Shown: positions 23,410 to 34,166 of the stretch, piece after piece
How the letters are laid out: each line of letters starts with the position of its first letter
Numbering within the stretch: position 1 is the first letter of the stretch
DNA from: a virus
UHGV virus genome: UHGV-1371557
Length of the DNA: 37,452 bases
Reading direction: 5' to 3' (one strand)
Program-made: the position numbers and the translations under genes
The notes under the pieces: model-generated
Seen by the model: the letters and a program-made list of their open reading frames with translations, nothing else
The model's database searches: none
Told to the model about the DNA's origin: nothing

Positions 23410-24672
23410 ATGACCATTTCTCAATTCTTCACTCGCTTCTTCAAGCGGTCGTACTACGCTGGTGGCGATAAGTGCGCATCTGGCGGAAGCGTGCAGGAGT
23501 TCGTAAATCAATTCAACGCCCCGTCGGTGTCTACACCTGATAGCGCCATGGCTATCGCCAGCGTGTATCGATGCGTGGATATTCTCTCTGGGACTATTGC
23601 CTCGCTCGAGCTTCAGCACCTAAAGCGCTCGGGGAGCATCTTCAAATACGCAGGTGATACTCAGCTCAACACGCTCTTTGCAGGGCAGGCGAATAGCAGG
23701 CAGAACTTCTTCGTCCTGCTAAAGAATGTAGTTGCTCGGCTGCTACTCTCTGGGAACGCCTATATATATCCTCGCTTTTCCTCTCGAGGTGAACTGCTGG
23801 ATATTATCCTGCTTGGCGATGGCGCAGTGTCCTACGACAAGCATAGCAATAACTACAGCGTCTCGGACTATGTGTGGAATATCAACGGTGTGTTCTCTGC
23901 TGACGAGATTATCCACCTAAAGAACAACAGCCTCGATGGCGGTTACACTGGAGTGTCAACTATCACGTATGCTTCTCTGTCTCTCTCGCTTAGTGCGAAT
24001 GCAGATAAGCAGACGAATAACGGACTGCTCTCGGGTAACCAAAAGAGCGGTTTCCTCGTGGGCGGCAATGAATTGCAGGGGCTTGGCGCACTCGATGCTG
24101 ATGTGGCAGACCGAGTGGCAGACCGAGTGAACAGCGAGATTGCGCAGGGGCGTAGAATCATCCGCTTGTCGGGATCTATGCAGTTCATAGAGTCCTCGAT
24201 GAGCAACTCCGATGCGGAGCTACTCGAGGTGCGAAAGTACTCCGTTCTGGATATATGTCGCTTCTTCGGTGTGCACCCCTATATGGTGTTCGCTGATCAA
24301 AGCACGAACTACAAGGAAGCGGAGAACTCGCAGATCAACTTCCTCAACCAAACACTCCAGCCGCTTATCCTGCAGATTGAACAAGAGTTCTCTGTGAAGC
24401 TACTGCCAAGATCAAGGCGGGCATCCGAGCGCATCCGTTTTGACCTCTCCCGACTATTCGCTACCGACCTGCGCACACGTGCAGAGTACGTAAAGAGCAG
24501 CGTGGAGGCAGGCGTTATGACTCCAAATGAGGGGCGAATCTTCGAGAACAGAGAGCCTATTGAGGGTGGTGACCAGCTGTTTATCACGTGTAACGTGGCC
24601 CTTGTCTCCTCTCGCCCGAGTATTGAGGAGTTGCACCCAGATGGAGGCCCTTCTAAAAGTGCAGAAGAATAG
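23410..24672 (+). CDS. Portal protein (HK97-like)
   Basis: 420-aa ORF immediately after terL. Its size and position fit a portal. Confidence 0.8.
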   Translation: MTISQFFTRFFKRSYYAGGDKCASGGSVQEFVNQFNAPSVSTPDSAMAIASVYRCVDILSGTIASLELQHLKRSGSIFKYAGDTQLNTLFAGQANSRQNFFVLLKNVVARLLLSGNAYIYPRFSSRGELLDIILLGDGAVSYDKHSNNYSVSDYVWNINGVFSADEIIHLKNNSLDGGYTGVSTITYASLSLSLSANADKQTNNGLLSGNQKSGFLVGGNELQGLGALDADVADRVADRVNSEIAQGRRIIRLSGSMQFIESSMSNSDAELLEVRKYSVLDICRFFGVHPYMVFADQSTNYKEAENSQINFLNQTLQPLILQIEQEFSVKLLPRSRRASERIRFDLSRLFATDLRTRAEYVKSSVEAGVMTPNEGRIFENREPIEGGDQLFITCNVALVSSRPSIEELHPDGGPSKSAEE

Positions 24673-24727
24673 CAAAAAGTGGTGTCAAAATACGCCCTAT
24701 AACTACGTTATATAAAGCCCAAAGCCT

Positions 24728-25441
24728 ATGAGCAATACGAATAACATATACGAACGAAGGAGTAGCCTCAGCTCGCTATCTGCGCCCTCTTTGGTGGGCG
24801 AAGAGAAGCGCACCATCGAGGGGCTTGCCATCGTCTATGACGAGGAGAGCGAAGTGATGTACGACTGGTGGGAAGACCGCTCGTTTCGTGAGATCGTCCA
24901 CCAGGGCGCAGTCACCGAAGATCTTCTGCGCTCATCCGATATTTTAGCTCTCTACGAGCACGACAGAAAGCAGTTGCTTGCACGAAGCACCAACGGGAGT
25001 GGTAGCCTTCAGCTAACCATTACTGAGCGTGGACTGCAGTACCGCTTCGAAGCCCCAAATACGCAGTTAGGAAACGATACGCTAGAGCTCCTCCGCCGTG
25101 GAGACCTCCGTGGCTCTTCCTTCCTCTTTGGCGTAAAGAAGGGAGACACTCGCTGGGAAGAGCTCTCTGATGGTACGTGGCTTCGTCACATTGACCACTT
25201 CTCGTATATCGGTGATGTGTCGGTTGTGAGTACTCCAGCCTATCCAACGACCACTGCATCTGCAGAACGCTCAAAGCAGGCTCTCGATGAGGAGCGAGGA
25301 TTACCCGAGCCAACCGAAGAGCCTACTCCCGAACCAGTCCAAGACAAAACGACCACCGAGGAAGCTCCCGAGCCAGTTGCTCGTACGCCATTGGCAGAGC
25401 GCGCTCTTCGCTGGGCTGATATAACCAAGTCCAACCTTTAA
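24728..25441 (+). CDS. Prohead maturation protease (HK97 family)
   Basis: 237 aa between the portal and capsid genes. Pro/Glu-rich C-terminal linker. Confidence 0.75.
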   Translation: MSNTNNIYERRSSLSSLSAPSLVGEEKRTIEGLAIVYDEESEVMYDWWEDRSFREIVHQGAVTEDLLRSSDILALYEHDRKQLLARSTNGSGSLQLTITERGLQYRFEAPNTQLGNDTLELLRRGDLRGSSFLFGVKKGDTRWEELSDGTWLRHIDHFSYIGDVSVVSTPAYPTTTASAERSKQALDEERGLPEPTEEPTPEPVQDKTTTEEAPEPVARTPLAERALRWADITKSNL

Positions 25442-25459
25442 CCATTTAACCAATTAACT

Positions 25460-26563
25460 ATGACAAAGGAACAAGAACAGCTGCACGAATTGCACGTGCG
25501 ATTCAAGGAGCTGCAGGGTAAGCGCCACGCAGGTGCGCTGACCGAAGATGAAGAGCGCGAGCTTGTCCGAATTAGCGAGGATATGCAGGAGCGAAGCCTC
25601 AACGCTATTGTCTCTAAGGCTCTCGAGCCCGACAAGTCGAGCGAGCATGTAGAATCGTCTAAGCGCTTCCTTGAAGGTGCGATGCGAGCTATTGATACTC
25701 GAATGGAGGTCCCACTCGAGGAGCGCGCAACAACGCTGACTACGAATGTAGAGCCAGCTCAGCCAAAAGTTATCCAAGAGGTTGTACAGCCTCTCGAGGC
25801 AGAGCTTGTCCACACCAAGGTCGGTCTAACGATGCAGTCTGGGGTGGTCGGTCAGCCTGTATGGCCTGTTCTCGCTGGAGTGACAGCTACTATTGCAGGA
25901 GAAAATGTTGCTCTTTCCGATCAGAGTATCGACCTCAGCAAGATCTCTGCTAAGTCAGAGCGTATCGGTGTCTACGTCCCCGTAACGTCGCAGGCTATCA
26001 ATTCAACTAACCTCAATCTCCGTGCTATCGTTCTTTCTCGACTTGGTAAGGCTGTTGGCAAAGCCCTCAACCTCGCTTTGTTTGCGAAGGCTGCCCCTGC
26101 CACTCCAAATAATGGCATAGGCTCTGTCCTGGCTACGCCTTATGCTGCGCCAGTCTCTTCTTCGTGGAGCAAAACCGTGAATCCTACCTTGACTGAGGTT
26201 GCCAGTCTTGAGGCCGAGGTGCTCAGCAGGGATGTCGAGACGGACAATAGTACTGCGTACTTCGTACACCCTACAACCTACAGCCTACTAAAGACTACTC
26301 CAGTAGAAAAGGGTACCCAGAAGATGATTCTTGAGGATGGTCACATGAACGGTTACCCTGTAGTTGCCACCACGTTTATGCCGCAGGATGCTATCCTTTT
26401 TGGCGTGATGTCTTATGCAGTCCTTGCCCACCACGGCAGTGGCGATCGCCTCTATGCCCAGTACAACGGCATCACAGACCGCATCGACTTCACCCTCAAT
26501 GGTGACTACTCACTCACTGTGCTCCGTAATGAAGCGTTTGCCTGCTTGAAGCGTAAAGCGTAA
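25460..26563 (+). CDS. Major capsid protein, HK97 fold, with an N-terminal delta (scaffold) domain
   Basis: 367 aa. Coiled-coil N-terminal roughly 100 aa, then a capsid body. There is no separate scaffold gene. Confidence 0.85.
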   Translation: MTKEQEQLHELHVRFKELQGKRHAGALTEDEERELVRISEDMQERSLNAIVSKALEPDKSSEHVESSKRFLEGAMRAIDTRMEVPLEERATTLTTNVEPAQPKVIQEVVQPLEAELVHTKVGLTMQSGVVGQPVWPVLAGVTATIAGENVALSDQSIDLSKISAKSERIGVYVPVTSQAINSTNLNLRAIVLSRLGKAVGKALNLALFAKAAPATPNNGIGSVLATPYAAPVSSSWSKTVNPTLTEVASLEAEVLSRDVETDNSTAYFVHPTTYSLLKTTPVEKGTQKMILEDGHMNGYPVVATTFMPQDAILFGVMSYAVLAHHGSGDRLYAQYNGITDRIDFTLNGDYSLTVLRNEAFACLKRKA

Positions 26564-26570
26564 GTAAGCT

Positions 26571-26870
26571 ATGCCAACATATATCTCTCTCGAGGAAGCA
26601 AAGAAGCATCTGAACGTAGACCACGATGAGGATGACTACTTCATTATTGAGCTAATTGATACTGCCGAGGACTATCTCTCTGGGCTTCTCCGCAGGCCTC
26701 TGGTCGAGGTGGAGCAGGCATCAGGCGACTTGCCTCCAGCGCTTCGGCACGCTCTCCGAATGATAGTCGCACGCTTCTATGCTGACCGAGAGGGGTATCG
26801 TGTCGGGCGAGTGACAGAGCTTGCTTTTTCGCTTGGCTCACTCATAGGTAGATACCGATTAGAGCGATGA
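26571..26870 (+). CDS. Head-tail connector (gp6-like)
   Basis: 99 aa. The N-terminus ISLEEAKKHLNVDHDEDD is typical of gp6-like connectors. Confidence 0.6.
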   Translation: MPTYISLEEAKKHLNVDHDEDDYFIIELIDTAEDYLSGLLRRPLVEVEQASGDLPPALRHALRMIVARFYADREGYRVGRVTELAFSLGSLIGRYRLER

Positions 26871-27190
26871 ACGCAGGAGCATTCACACACCGACTGGTGT
26901 TCCTCAAGGCTGTAAAGACGCAGAGTGTGTCGGGTGCAGTGAAGGAGGAGCTGGTAGAGAGTTTCCGCTCTCGTGCCTACCTCCGAACGCTTCGCCCGAC
27001 CTACGACAAAGATGGCTTGCAGGCACGTGAGGTTGTCGATACCTCGGCTGTGGTGTTCGTGGTTCGCGCTGATAAGCGCCTATCTGCCTCTGGGTGGCTT
27101 CGCTTCGAGGGTGCACTCTATCGCATCGTACTGCTCCAGCCTATGCTTGACAGAACGGTGCAGGTCACAGCTCGCTATGTAGACGAATAG
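26867..27190 (+). CDS. Head closure/head-tail adaptor
   Basis: 107 aa. Assigned from position and size. Confidence 0.55.
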   Translation: MNAGAFTHRLVFLKAVKTQSVSGAVKEELVESFRSRAYLRTLRPTYDKDGLQAREVVDTSAVVFVVRADKRLSASGWLRFEGALYRIVLLQPMLDRTVQVTARYVDE

Positions 27191-27193
27191 AGT

Positions 27194-27679
27194 ATGCCCG
27201 ATGTAGTTTCTCTCAACGGATTCCCCGAGGTCGAGTCCTTTATCGGCAGGCTCAAGGAAGCTCCAAGCCCCGAGAGTCTTCGTGAACCATTCTTCCGTGC
27301 TGCGGAGGTGTACCAGCAGGATGTTCGCACCACCCTACCTCCTCTGTACAAACAGCCGAATAGGAATGGGCACGTGCCAAGGGGCAACCTCATCCGAGGG
27401 CTTCGCAGGCGTATGCCACGAAGAAGCAGGGGAGGACGAGTATCTGTTTCGATCGGTTTCCTCTATGTCAATGGAGCTACGTCTATGGGGCAGGAATCGC
27501 AAGCTGCGAACCATGCCCACCTCATTGACAAGGGTACGGCTGACAGATACACACGGAGCGGGAAGTTCAGAGGTAGGGTGCTGCCCACTCTCTTTTGGAC
27601 GCACGCCAAGCAGAGAAGTACGCCACGCGCACAGCGAATACTCCTTGCAGGGGTCACGAAAGTCTTAACCAACGTATGA
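27194..27679 (+). CDS. HK97 gp10-like tail component
   Basis: 161 aa. Assigned from position. Confidence 0.5.
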   Translation: MPDVVSLNGFPEVESFIGRLKEAPSPESLREPFFRAAEVYQQDVRTTLPPLYKQPNRNGHVPRGNLIRGLRRRMPRRSRGGRVSVSIGFLYVNGATSMGQESQAANHAHLIDKGTADRYTRSGKFRGRVLPTLFWTHAKQRSTPRAQRILLAGVTKVLTNV

Positions 27680-28089
27680 GTATCTATCTCGACAACAACA
27701 GAAAATGGCACACCGCCCAGTGGGTGCGTAGCAAGCTCCTTGCGTGTGAGGAGTTGCGTGAGCTGGTAGGGGATAAAATCTACCCAGTGATAGCTCCAGA
27801 AGAAACCGCTGGCGACTACATAATCGTATATCGCAGCGCCTACGGTCGAGACCGAGACAAGTCAGGCGACACGCACAGCGAAGCTTATGTAACCGTTCTG
27901 TGCTTCTCCGATGGTTACGACAGATCTATTGAGCTGGTGAAGCTGGTGGATGCTGTCCTCGATGGAGGGCGCAATGATGAGGTCGGGAAGACGATGGGCT
28001 GGAGCGAAACTAGTGCCACGCTCGACGAGTCCGAAGAGGGCTACTCTGATGGTAAGTTCTTCCAGTCGCTTACGTTCGAAATATCATAA
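27676..28089 (+). CDS. Tail completion protein (gp11-like)
   Basis: The ATG at 27676 overlaps the upstream stop (ATGA). The ORF-track start at 27595 was rejected because it would overlap by 85 nt. Confidence 0.5.
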   Translation: MSIYLDNNRKWHTAQWVRSKLLACEELRELVGDKIYPVIAPEETAGDYIIVYRSAYGRDRDKSGDTHSEAYVTVLCFSDGYDRSIELVKLVDAVLDGGRNDEVGKTMGWSETSATLDESEEGYSDGKFFQSLTFEIS

Positions 28090-28118
28090 CCAAAACCAAT
28101 AACTAAATAGCAGTTCTT

Positions 28119-28646
28119 ATGGCAACTCAAACACCTCCAAACCCCAAGTACGACAAGAACAGGGATCTCGTCAGAGGCGAGTCAAACGGCATGTTCATTG
28201 CTGGGCTGTTCGTTCCCTACGTAAAGAAGGATGATTTCAAATTCGCACCACAGACTATCGAAATCTCCAGCAAGATGTCTGGGAAGAGTCCTGATAAGCT
28301 CGGGGGTCGCAACGACTGGTCCGCCTCTATCGAAGCGTACGTGTCGAACTCCCCAGGGCATCTGTCCTACAACGCTCTCGAAAACCTTGCCGCATCGGGC
28401 AAGGCTGTTTCGTTCGAGATCTGCGAGGTAACCATCGCGGAAGATTCGGCAGGTCCTCGCACTGTAACCAAGGGTGCGGCTCTCCGCAAGGGTATGGTAA
28501 CTATCTCCGACCTTAGCAAGAGCAGTACGGGCGGTGAGTACGAGACCTTTACCTGCACGCTCAACGGATCTGGTCCTCTCAAGGACAAGTCGGATAAGGA
28601 AATCGGCAGTACCGAAGCGATTACCGCCGCAGGGATTACCTTCTAA
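28119..28646 (+). CDS. Major tail protein
   Basis: 175 aa, immediately upstream of the chaperone and tape measure. Confidence 0.65.
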   Translation: MATQTPPNPKYDKNRDLVRGESNGMFIAGLFVPYVKKDDFKFAPQTIEISSKMSGKSPDKLGGRNDWSASIEAYVSNSPGHLSYNALENLAASGKAVSFEICEVTIAEDSAGPRTVTKGAALRKGMVTISDLSKSSTGGEYETFTCTLNGSGPLKDKSDKEIGSTEAITAAGITF

Positions 28647-29260
28647 TGGACAGCGTGCCATTCCCACTGACACTCCGCGCGGTACTTCTTTTCGAGAAGC
28701 TCTCCGCGCGGAGTTTCTCTACACTGAATATCCAAGACGGTGAGCAGATACCGCTCCTCATCTACTGCTTGCAGAGGTGCGAGGATGGCGGTAGCAAGAT
28801 GCCTTTCGATGCGTGGGTGTCTGTCTTGGATAGCGTAGAGGTATCGTCGCATCTATATGGGCGACTGGAGCGCACCCTTGAGGAACTTACTCCTATTACC
28901 GCCTCCCTCTCTGATACAGGCGAAGGAGAAGCCAGCGATGGCGAAGATGACGGGCCAGACTTCACGACTATTGCCAATATGATAATCGTGGACGGAGGTA
29001 TTGACGCAGGGTATGTTATGGACAGAATGGAGCTGTGGGAGATCCCAGCCATTCTGAACGCCATACAGAAGCGAAAGCAGGAAGGACTCGAGTACAATCG
29101 TCTATTCACTTGGATGTCTATGCTCCCGCACCTCGCACAAGACTCCGTATGCTCCCCAGAGAAGCTCCTGCCATTCCCGTGGGAGGTAGAGAGCGAGGAC
29201 GTAGGTCAAGCCATCTTTGACCAGCTCAAGGATGCGGAAATCGTAGTCGCAGATAAGTAA
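28646..29260 (+). CDS. Tail assembly chaperone candidate (acidic)
   Basis: 204 aa between the major tail and tape-measure genes. No slippery site was found. Confidence 0.45.
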   Translation: MDSVPFPLTLRAVLLFEKLSARSFSTLNIQDGEQIPLLIYCLQRCEDGGSKMPFDAWVSVLDSVEVSSHLYGRLERTLEELTPITASLSDTGEGEASDGEDDGPDFTTIANMIIVDGGIDAGYVMDRMELWEIPAILNAIQKRKQEGLEYNRLFTWMSMLPHLAQDSVCSPEKLLPFPWEVESEDVGQAIFDQLKDAEIVVADK

Positions 29261-29284
29261 TACACACATTCAGCCTACCAGCCT

Positions 29285-32200
29285 ATGGCTAATAATCTTT
29301 CATTTTCCGTCCGATTAGAGCTGCTTGCGGACAAGTTCAAGCAGCAAGCCGAGAGCGCCAAGGCTTCGCTCCGTGGAATCCAGTTCCAAGCCCTTGCAAT
29401 GGCTGGTGCGTTGGGCGCAGGCGTTACCTCTATCAGTAGCTTTATCTCCTCTCTTGTCAATACGACTCGAGAGGCAGGCCGTGCACGCGTAGTACTGCGC
29501 AATATCAGCACGGACACCCGCGAGTATGCACGTAGCTTGAAGTTCCTCGCAGAGCTTACGGATAAGTACGGTACAGACCTCATCGGCACTACCGAGGCGT
29601 TCGCTAAGTTCAAGGCGGCTGCAACTCCTGCTGGCATCGCTATGGCTGAGCAGGAACGCATCTTCTCCAATATCAGTAAGGCTATGGCTTCGTTCGGTAT
29701 CTCTGGCGGAGAGGCGGCTCTTACGATGATGGCCATTACTCAGATGATGAGTAAGGGGAAGATCTCCAGTGAAGAGCTCCGTCGCCAGCTTGGCGAGCGT
29801 ATGCCTGTGGCTATGCAGGCCATGGCGAACGCTGCGGGCGTGTCGATGTCACAGCTGGATAAGCTCCTCAAGGAGGGTAAGCTCCGAAGTGCTGAGATTA
29901 TGGGTAAGTTCTCCGATGAGCTGGCGAAGCTCTCTGGGGACACCAGCACCGACAACCTCGAGAGTTCTCTTGGCCGTCTCAAAAACTCCTTTACCAGCCT
30001 TGCGGACTCTCTGCACGTGTACGACAACTTCAAGGCTCTTATCGAGAAGGTAAAGGACCTACTGGACTACCTGCGCACGCACCTCTCGAACTTATATATT
30101 TGGGCGGGTGGTTTGCTTGGTGCTCGTCTGTGGAGTAAGTTCTCAACAACGTGGAATCAAGCAGGCGCAGCTATCAAGGCATCGCAGGCGCAGGCCATAG
30201 CTGACGAGGCGGCTGCCAAGGAGTCTGCAAAGCGAGCTAAGCTGGAAGCACAGAAGGCCCTCGCCGAAGCCCAGCAACAGCTCCAGCGTGCAGAGGCGGC
30301 TGTGCAGGCGGCAGGCACGATTACAGAGAAGGAGAAGAAGCGCCTTGAGGTAGCCAAGTACACAGGCGATGTGCGCTTCCAGAAGGCGGTAGATAACTTC
30401 TCCAACGCACAGACGGAGAAGCGCACCCTGCTGAACGAGCATCAGGCTCTACTCCGTGGTATGCAGAGAAGCGAAGAGGAGGCGGCCCAGAGAGTTGCTA
30501 ATGCCAAGCTCGCACTCCAGCGTGCTAACGACGAGGCGGCCGCCAAGATTATCGCCAAGCAGGAGCAGATAGAGCGAGCCAAGGATGAACGAGTGGCTGC
30601 TGCCAAGCGTGCGCTGGAGGCTGCCACAGCACCAAAGGATGTAAAGGCAGCTACTTCCGCTCTGAATAAGGCCGACCGATATACCTCTGAGGAGCAGAAG
30701 GCTATCCGCGACCTGCAGAGAGAACAGGCTGCGATAGTCTCTAAGAGCCAGCGGGAGTACGACAAGGCTATTGCAGACCAGTCACGCCTGCAACTTGCGA
30801 ATATCACGAAGCGAGAGCGAGAAGAAGCGCGCTTAGCAGGTAAGCTGGAGCAGAATGCACGCGCACTCGCCGCCACTGGTGATGCACTGAACAAGGCAAA
30901 CCACAACAGACGCGAACTCCTCGCAGAGGCTCGTGCGAAGAACGAAGAAGCGCGCATCAAGCGTCTTGCCGCTCTGCAGGCCTCTGCGGATAAGGCTCAC
31001 TACAATATCGGAGGGAGAGCAACTAATCTCCCCTCGTCCTCTGCATCGGTGGCTGGCGTGCTGAACACTCAGCGAGCTATCAGCAATGCTGGCAACCTCT
31101 CATTCCGCCCTGCAAGCGAGATTATCGCAGAGCAAACCAAGGCGGCATCCACCACGGTGTCACTATGGGCAAGGGCCACGACCACAGTAAAACTCGCTTG
31201 GGCTTCCACGCTGGCGACTATCCGTGGTCTTATGGCCACGATTGCGCCTATGGCGATTATCGCAGGCATCACGGCTATCGTGACCGCTCTTGCAGACTGG
31301 TATCGTAAGCAGAAGGAGATTAACGGACTGCAGAACGAGTACCTCGCCAAGCAGAGGGAAATCAAGTCTACCCGAAGCGATGAGGAGGTGCAGATTTCCC
31401 GCCTATTCAGTCTGTATCAGAGCTTAGATGGGAAGCTCGAGGAGCAGAAGACGGTGCAGCACCAGTTGGAGAAGTCCCTGGGGTTGCAGGAGGGCTCTCT
31501 TGACCGAATTGCAGGGAAGTACGACAGAATCAAGAATGTTGTAAGCAAGATACTCAAGCTAAAGGAGATCGATAGACAGATTGACTTCTACAGCGAAACT
31601 GCAAAGACGAATAAGAAGCCCCTTCAAGACCTATATGGGGCGTATCTCAAAAAGGGTGGTAAGAGCCTTTCCGCAGACGATATGGAGCGAGTTGGAAAGG
31701 TCCTTGCCAAATCATTCTCGCTTTCCGTTGCTCAAAGGAATGGCTACTTGAAGGGATTTACATACGATAAGGATGTACGAACCTCTACGGATAATCAGTA
31801 CGAGTTAGGCAAACTCAAGGGAATATACAAGGAGCTGTTTGGTACTGATGCTTCAAGAGAAGCCAAGCGTTTTATTGTATCTATCCTGGAGGAAGGAAAA
31901 ACTTATCAGACCTTTAGGGATGTTTCTGCTAGCCAGCTGGTTGCGAATGATGCAGAAGTAAAGACAGAGGAGCTTCATGTCAAGCGTATCAAGATTGATG
32001 GCGAAGCCCAAGGCGAGGTAAAGTCTATTGGCGGGAGCTTCGCTGGTGGCGGTGGCGTGTCAAGCTCATCCGACGATGACTCAAAGAAGAGCAAGAAGAA
32101 GAGCGAACTGCAGCGCACAAGAGAGGCGGCCGCCAAGGAACTCAACGAACTGCACAACCAGCGTGCGGCAGGCATCATCTCCGAAGAAGAGTATCGTCTT

Positions 32201-33697
32201 GCACTTGACAAGGTTGCCACCCAGTATAGGGAGAAGCTCGCATCGCTTCTTGGTGAGAAGGCCCTCAACGACCAGCAGTACAACAGCCTAAAGACGCATC
32301 TGCTTGTAGAAAGGGAGGTAACTGAGGAGAAGGCGAGAAGTGCAGCGGAACTCAAACTGATCACAGCGCAGGTGAAATATGGCCTTGCTACGGAGGATGA
32401 TCTGCGCAGAGCTAAGGCGGAGCGTGCGAAGGCCGAGCTGAACGCAACCATAAAGGCGCATGGTGAGCTTGATCTAAACGATGAGTATGTCAAGGCTAAG
32501 ATGAGCGAGATAGACGCTGTCTCCGATATTGCAAGCCTACAACGCAACTACGCTGACGAAGCGAAGAAGCTGGAGAAAGCACGAGAGGAGGGCAGGCTCA
32601 AGGAGAATGAGTACGCAGAATCTCTCGCTAAGCTCATATCCTCTACTCGTGAGCGAGCCAACCAGACCACTACGACCACCGATGGGCAGGAAAAGCTCAA
32701 AAAGGAGCTGGGCGAAAAGCTCTCCAACGACCTCTCCTCTATCGCTAAGTCCGCTACCCCAGTCAAGGGCGTGCGTGACACGAGCTACGACTACAAGAAG
32801 GACGAAGCCACGAAGCTCGGTGAGGAGAAGCAGCTTATGGAGGACTACGTGCGCCAGCTGCAGGAGGCTGAAAAGGCTGGGCTGGATGTTGCTGAGGCTC
32901 TCAAGCAGGCTCAGAAAGAGACCAAGACCCTCGACCAAGCTATCAAGGTGGCGACTATTCAGTCCGACTTGAAGAAGTACCGAGAGGCGGTCAAAGATCA
33001 ATCGTTTTCGGGCTTGAAGTCCGTGGCACAGAGCGCTCGCCACCTCAAGAGCGCATTCAGCGAGTTGCAAAAGGCGTTCGACCCCGATGCGCAGGCCTCA
33101 GCGTGGGAGCGCTTCTTTGCGGTGTTTGACTCTGCAACGCAGGGCATCGACACTATCCTCTCTCTTGTGAAGATGATAGAGGGGCTTACGCAGGCCCGAC
33201 AGGTGGCGGCAGCAGCCGAGCAGGCTCTCACGGCACAGCAGGTTGCAGGTCGAACGCTTGTGACCACCACGGAGGCGACATCTACCGCCACGGAGTTAGG
33301 TCTTACGACGGCGCGTATAGCGGCTACGCAGGCCGAGACCTCTGCTGACACTGTTGGGGCGGCTGCTAAGGCTGCTAAGGCTCACGCGGGCATCCCATTT
33401 GTCGGTGTGGCTCTTGCTGCGGTTGCTGTTGGCGGTCTAATAGCACTCATTTCGTCTTCGGCTAAGAAGATACCGAAGTTCGCCAATGGTGGTATCGTGC
33501 CAGGTGGTGATGGCTCTGGCGACCGAGTTCTCGCTCGAGTCAATCCTGGCGAGCTGATACTTAACAAGGCGCAGCAGGGCAGACTTGCCAATCACTTGAC
33601 CTCCGCAGCGTCTATCCGAGTGGAGGTAGAGGGTAAGATACGCGCTAAGGATATTCTGCAGCTAAGTAGTGTAGCTGCTCGACATAAAACACGATAA
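29285..33697 (+). CDS. Tail tape measure protein (1470 aa)
   Basis: Very long, Ala/Glu/Lys-rich, coiled-coil throughout. Hydrophobic segments in the middle and at the C-terminus. Confidence 0.9.
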   Translation: MANNLSFSVRLELLADKFKQQAESAKASLRGIQFQALAMAGALGAGVTSISSFISSLVNTTREAGRARVVLRNISTDTREYARSLKFLAELTDKYGTDLIGTTEAFAKFKAAATPAGIAMAEQERIFSNISKAMASFGISGGEAALTMMAITQMMSKGKISSEELRRQLGERMPVAMQAMANAAGVSMSQLDKLLKEGKLRSAEIMGKFSDELAKLSGDTSTDNLESSLGRLKNSFTSLADSLHVYDNFKALIEKVKDLLDYLRTHLSNLYIWAGGLLGARLWSKFSTTWNQAGAAIKASQAQAIADEAAAKESAKRAKLEAQKALAEAQQQLQRAEAAVQAAGTITEKEKKRLEVAKYTGDVRFQKAVDNFSNAQTEKRTLLNEHQALLRGMQRSEEEAAQRVANAKLALQRANDEAAAKIIAKQEQIERAKDERVAAAKRALEAATAPKDVKAATSALNKADRYTSEEQKAIRDLQREQAAIVSKSQREYDKAIADQSRLQLANITKREREEARLAGKLEQNARALAATGDALNKANHNRRELLAEARAKNEEARIKRLAALQASADKAHYNIGGRATNLPSSSASVAGVLNTQRAISNAGNLSFRPASEIIAEQTKAASTTVSLWARATTTVKLAWASTLATIRGLMATIAPMAIIAGITAIVTALADWYRKQKEINGLQNEYLAKQREIKSTRSDEEVQISRLFSLYQSLDGKLEEQKTVQHQLEKSLGLQEGSLDRIAGKYDRIKNVVSKILKLKEIDRQIDFYSETAKTNKKPLQDLYGAYLKKGGKSLSADDMERVGKVLAKSFSLSVAQRNGYLKGFTYDKDVRTSTDNQYELGKLKGIYKELFGTDASREAKRFIVSILEEGKTYQTFRDVSASQLVANDAEVKTEELHVKRIKIDGEAQGEVKSIGGSFAGGGGVSSSSDDDSKKSKKKSELQRTREAAAKELNELHNQRAAGIISEEEYRLALDKVATQYREKLASLLGEKALNDQQYNSLKTHLLVEREVTEEKARSAAELKLITAQVKYGLATEDDLRRAKAERAKAELNATIKAHGELDLNDEYVKAKMSEIDAVSDIASLQRNYADEAKKLEKAREEGRLKENEYAESLAKLISSTRERANQTTTTTDGQEKLKKELGEKLSNDLSSIAKSATPVKGVRDTSYDYKKDEATKLGEEKQLMEDYVRQLQEAEKAGLDVAEALKQAQKETKTLDQAIKVATIQSDLKKYREAVKDQSFSGLKSVAQSARHLKSAFSELQKAFDPDAQASAWERFFAVFDSATQGIDTILSLVKMIEGLTQARQVAAAAEQALTAQQVAGRTLVTTTEATSTATELGLTTARIAATQAETSADTVGAAAKAAKAHAGIPFVGVALAAVAVGGLIALISSSAKKIPKFANGGIVPGGDGSGDRVLARVNPGELILNKAQQGRLANHLTSAASIRVEVEGKIRAKDILQLSSVAARHKTR

Positions 33698-33716
33698 CCA
33701 ACCAAAACCAAAGACT

Positions 33717-34163
33717 ATGTTTAAATTCTTTTCCCCCGAAGAGGCGTATGAGACGGCGACGCTGATGGCGGTAGCCATGCTCATCGTATTGGCCGCCGTG
33801 ATCGTCGACACGATCACAGGCATAATGAGAGCGAAGCGTAACAAGCAGGTGATCCAGTCGAGCATCGCGCGCCGTGTCTTCGGCAAGCTCATCAGGTACT
33901 ACCTCGTCATCGCCATATTCGCGTTCATCGACGTCCTTCTGTTCATAATCGACTTCGAGGTGCGCATATCGATCCCCGAGCTTCCCTATATGACTGTCTT
34001 TGCGTCGATCGGGGCAGTCGCCACGGAGGGCTGGAGCGTTTGGGAAAACCTCCCCAAGCACGATACTACCTCGATCAAGAACAGCGCCAAACAGACGCAG
34101 GAGCTGGCAAAGGAGCTGGCAAAGGCGCTGAATGAAGTCCGTAACCTCGCAAAAGCAGAATAG
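33717..34163 (+). CDS. Holin (phage-holin-4-like; D-x-ITG motif)
   Basis: 148 aa. TM segments and DTITGIMRAKRNKQVIQSSIARRVFGKLIRY, typical of LL-H/Bacillus-type holins. The endolysin gene is adjacent. Confidence 0.6.
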   Translation: MFKFFSPEEAYETATLMAVAMLIVLAAVIVDTITGIMRAKRNKQVIQSSIARRVFGKLIRYYLVIAIFAFIDVLLFIIDFEVRISIPELPYMTVFASIGAVATEGWSVWENLPKHDTTSIKNSAKQTQELAKELAKALNEVRNLAKAE

Positions 34164-34166
34164 ACT

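Noticed and set aside
28646-29285. Programmed -1 frameshift (G/GT-like) between the chaperone and the tape measure
   Set aside because: I scanned the 3' half of 28646-29260 and found no X-XXY-YYZ slippery heptamer. The overlapping 61-aa ORF 29035-29220 is low-complexity.
29740-33070. Many minus-strand and alternative-frame ORFs inside the tape-measure gene (for example 30442-30960 and 31975-32547)
   Set aside because: They are Ala/Ser/Arg-rich and low-complexity, which is typical of antisense artefacts of GC-rich coiled-coil coding DNA.
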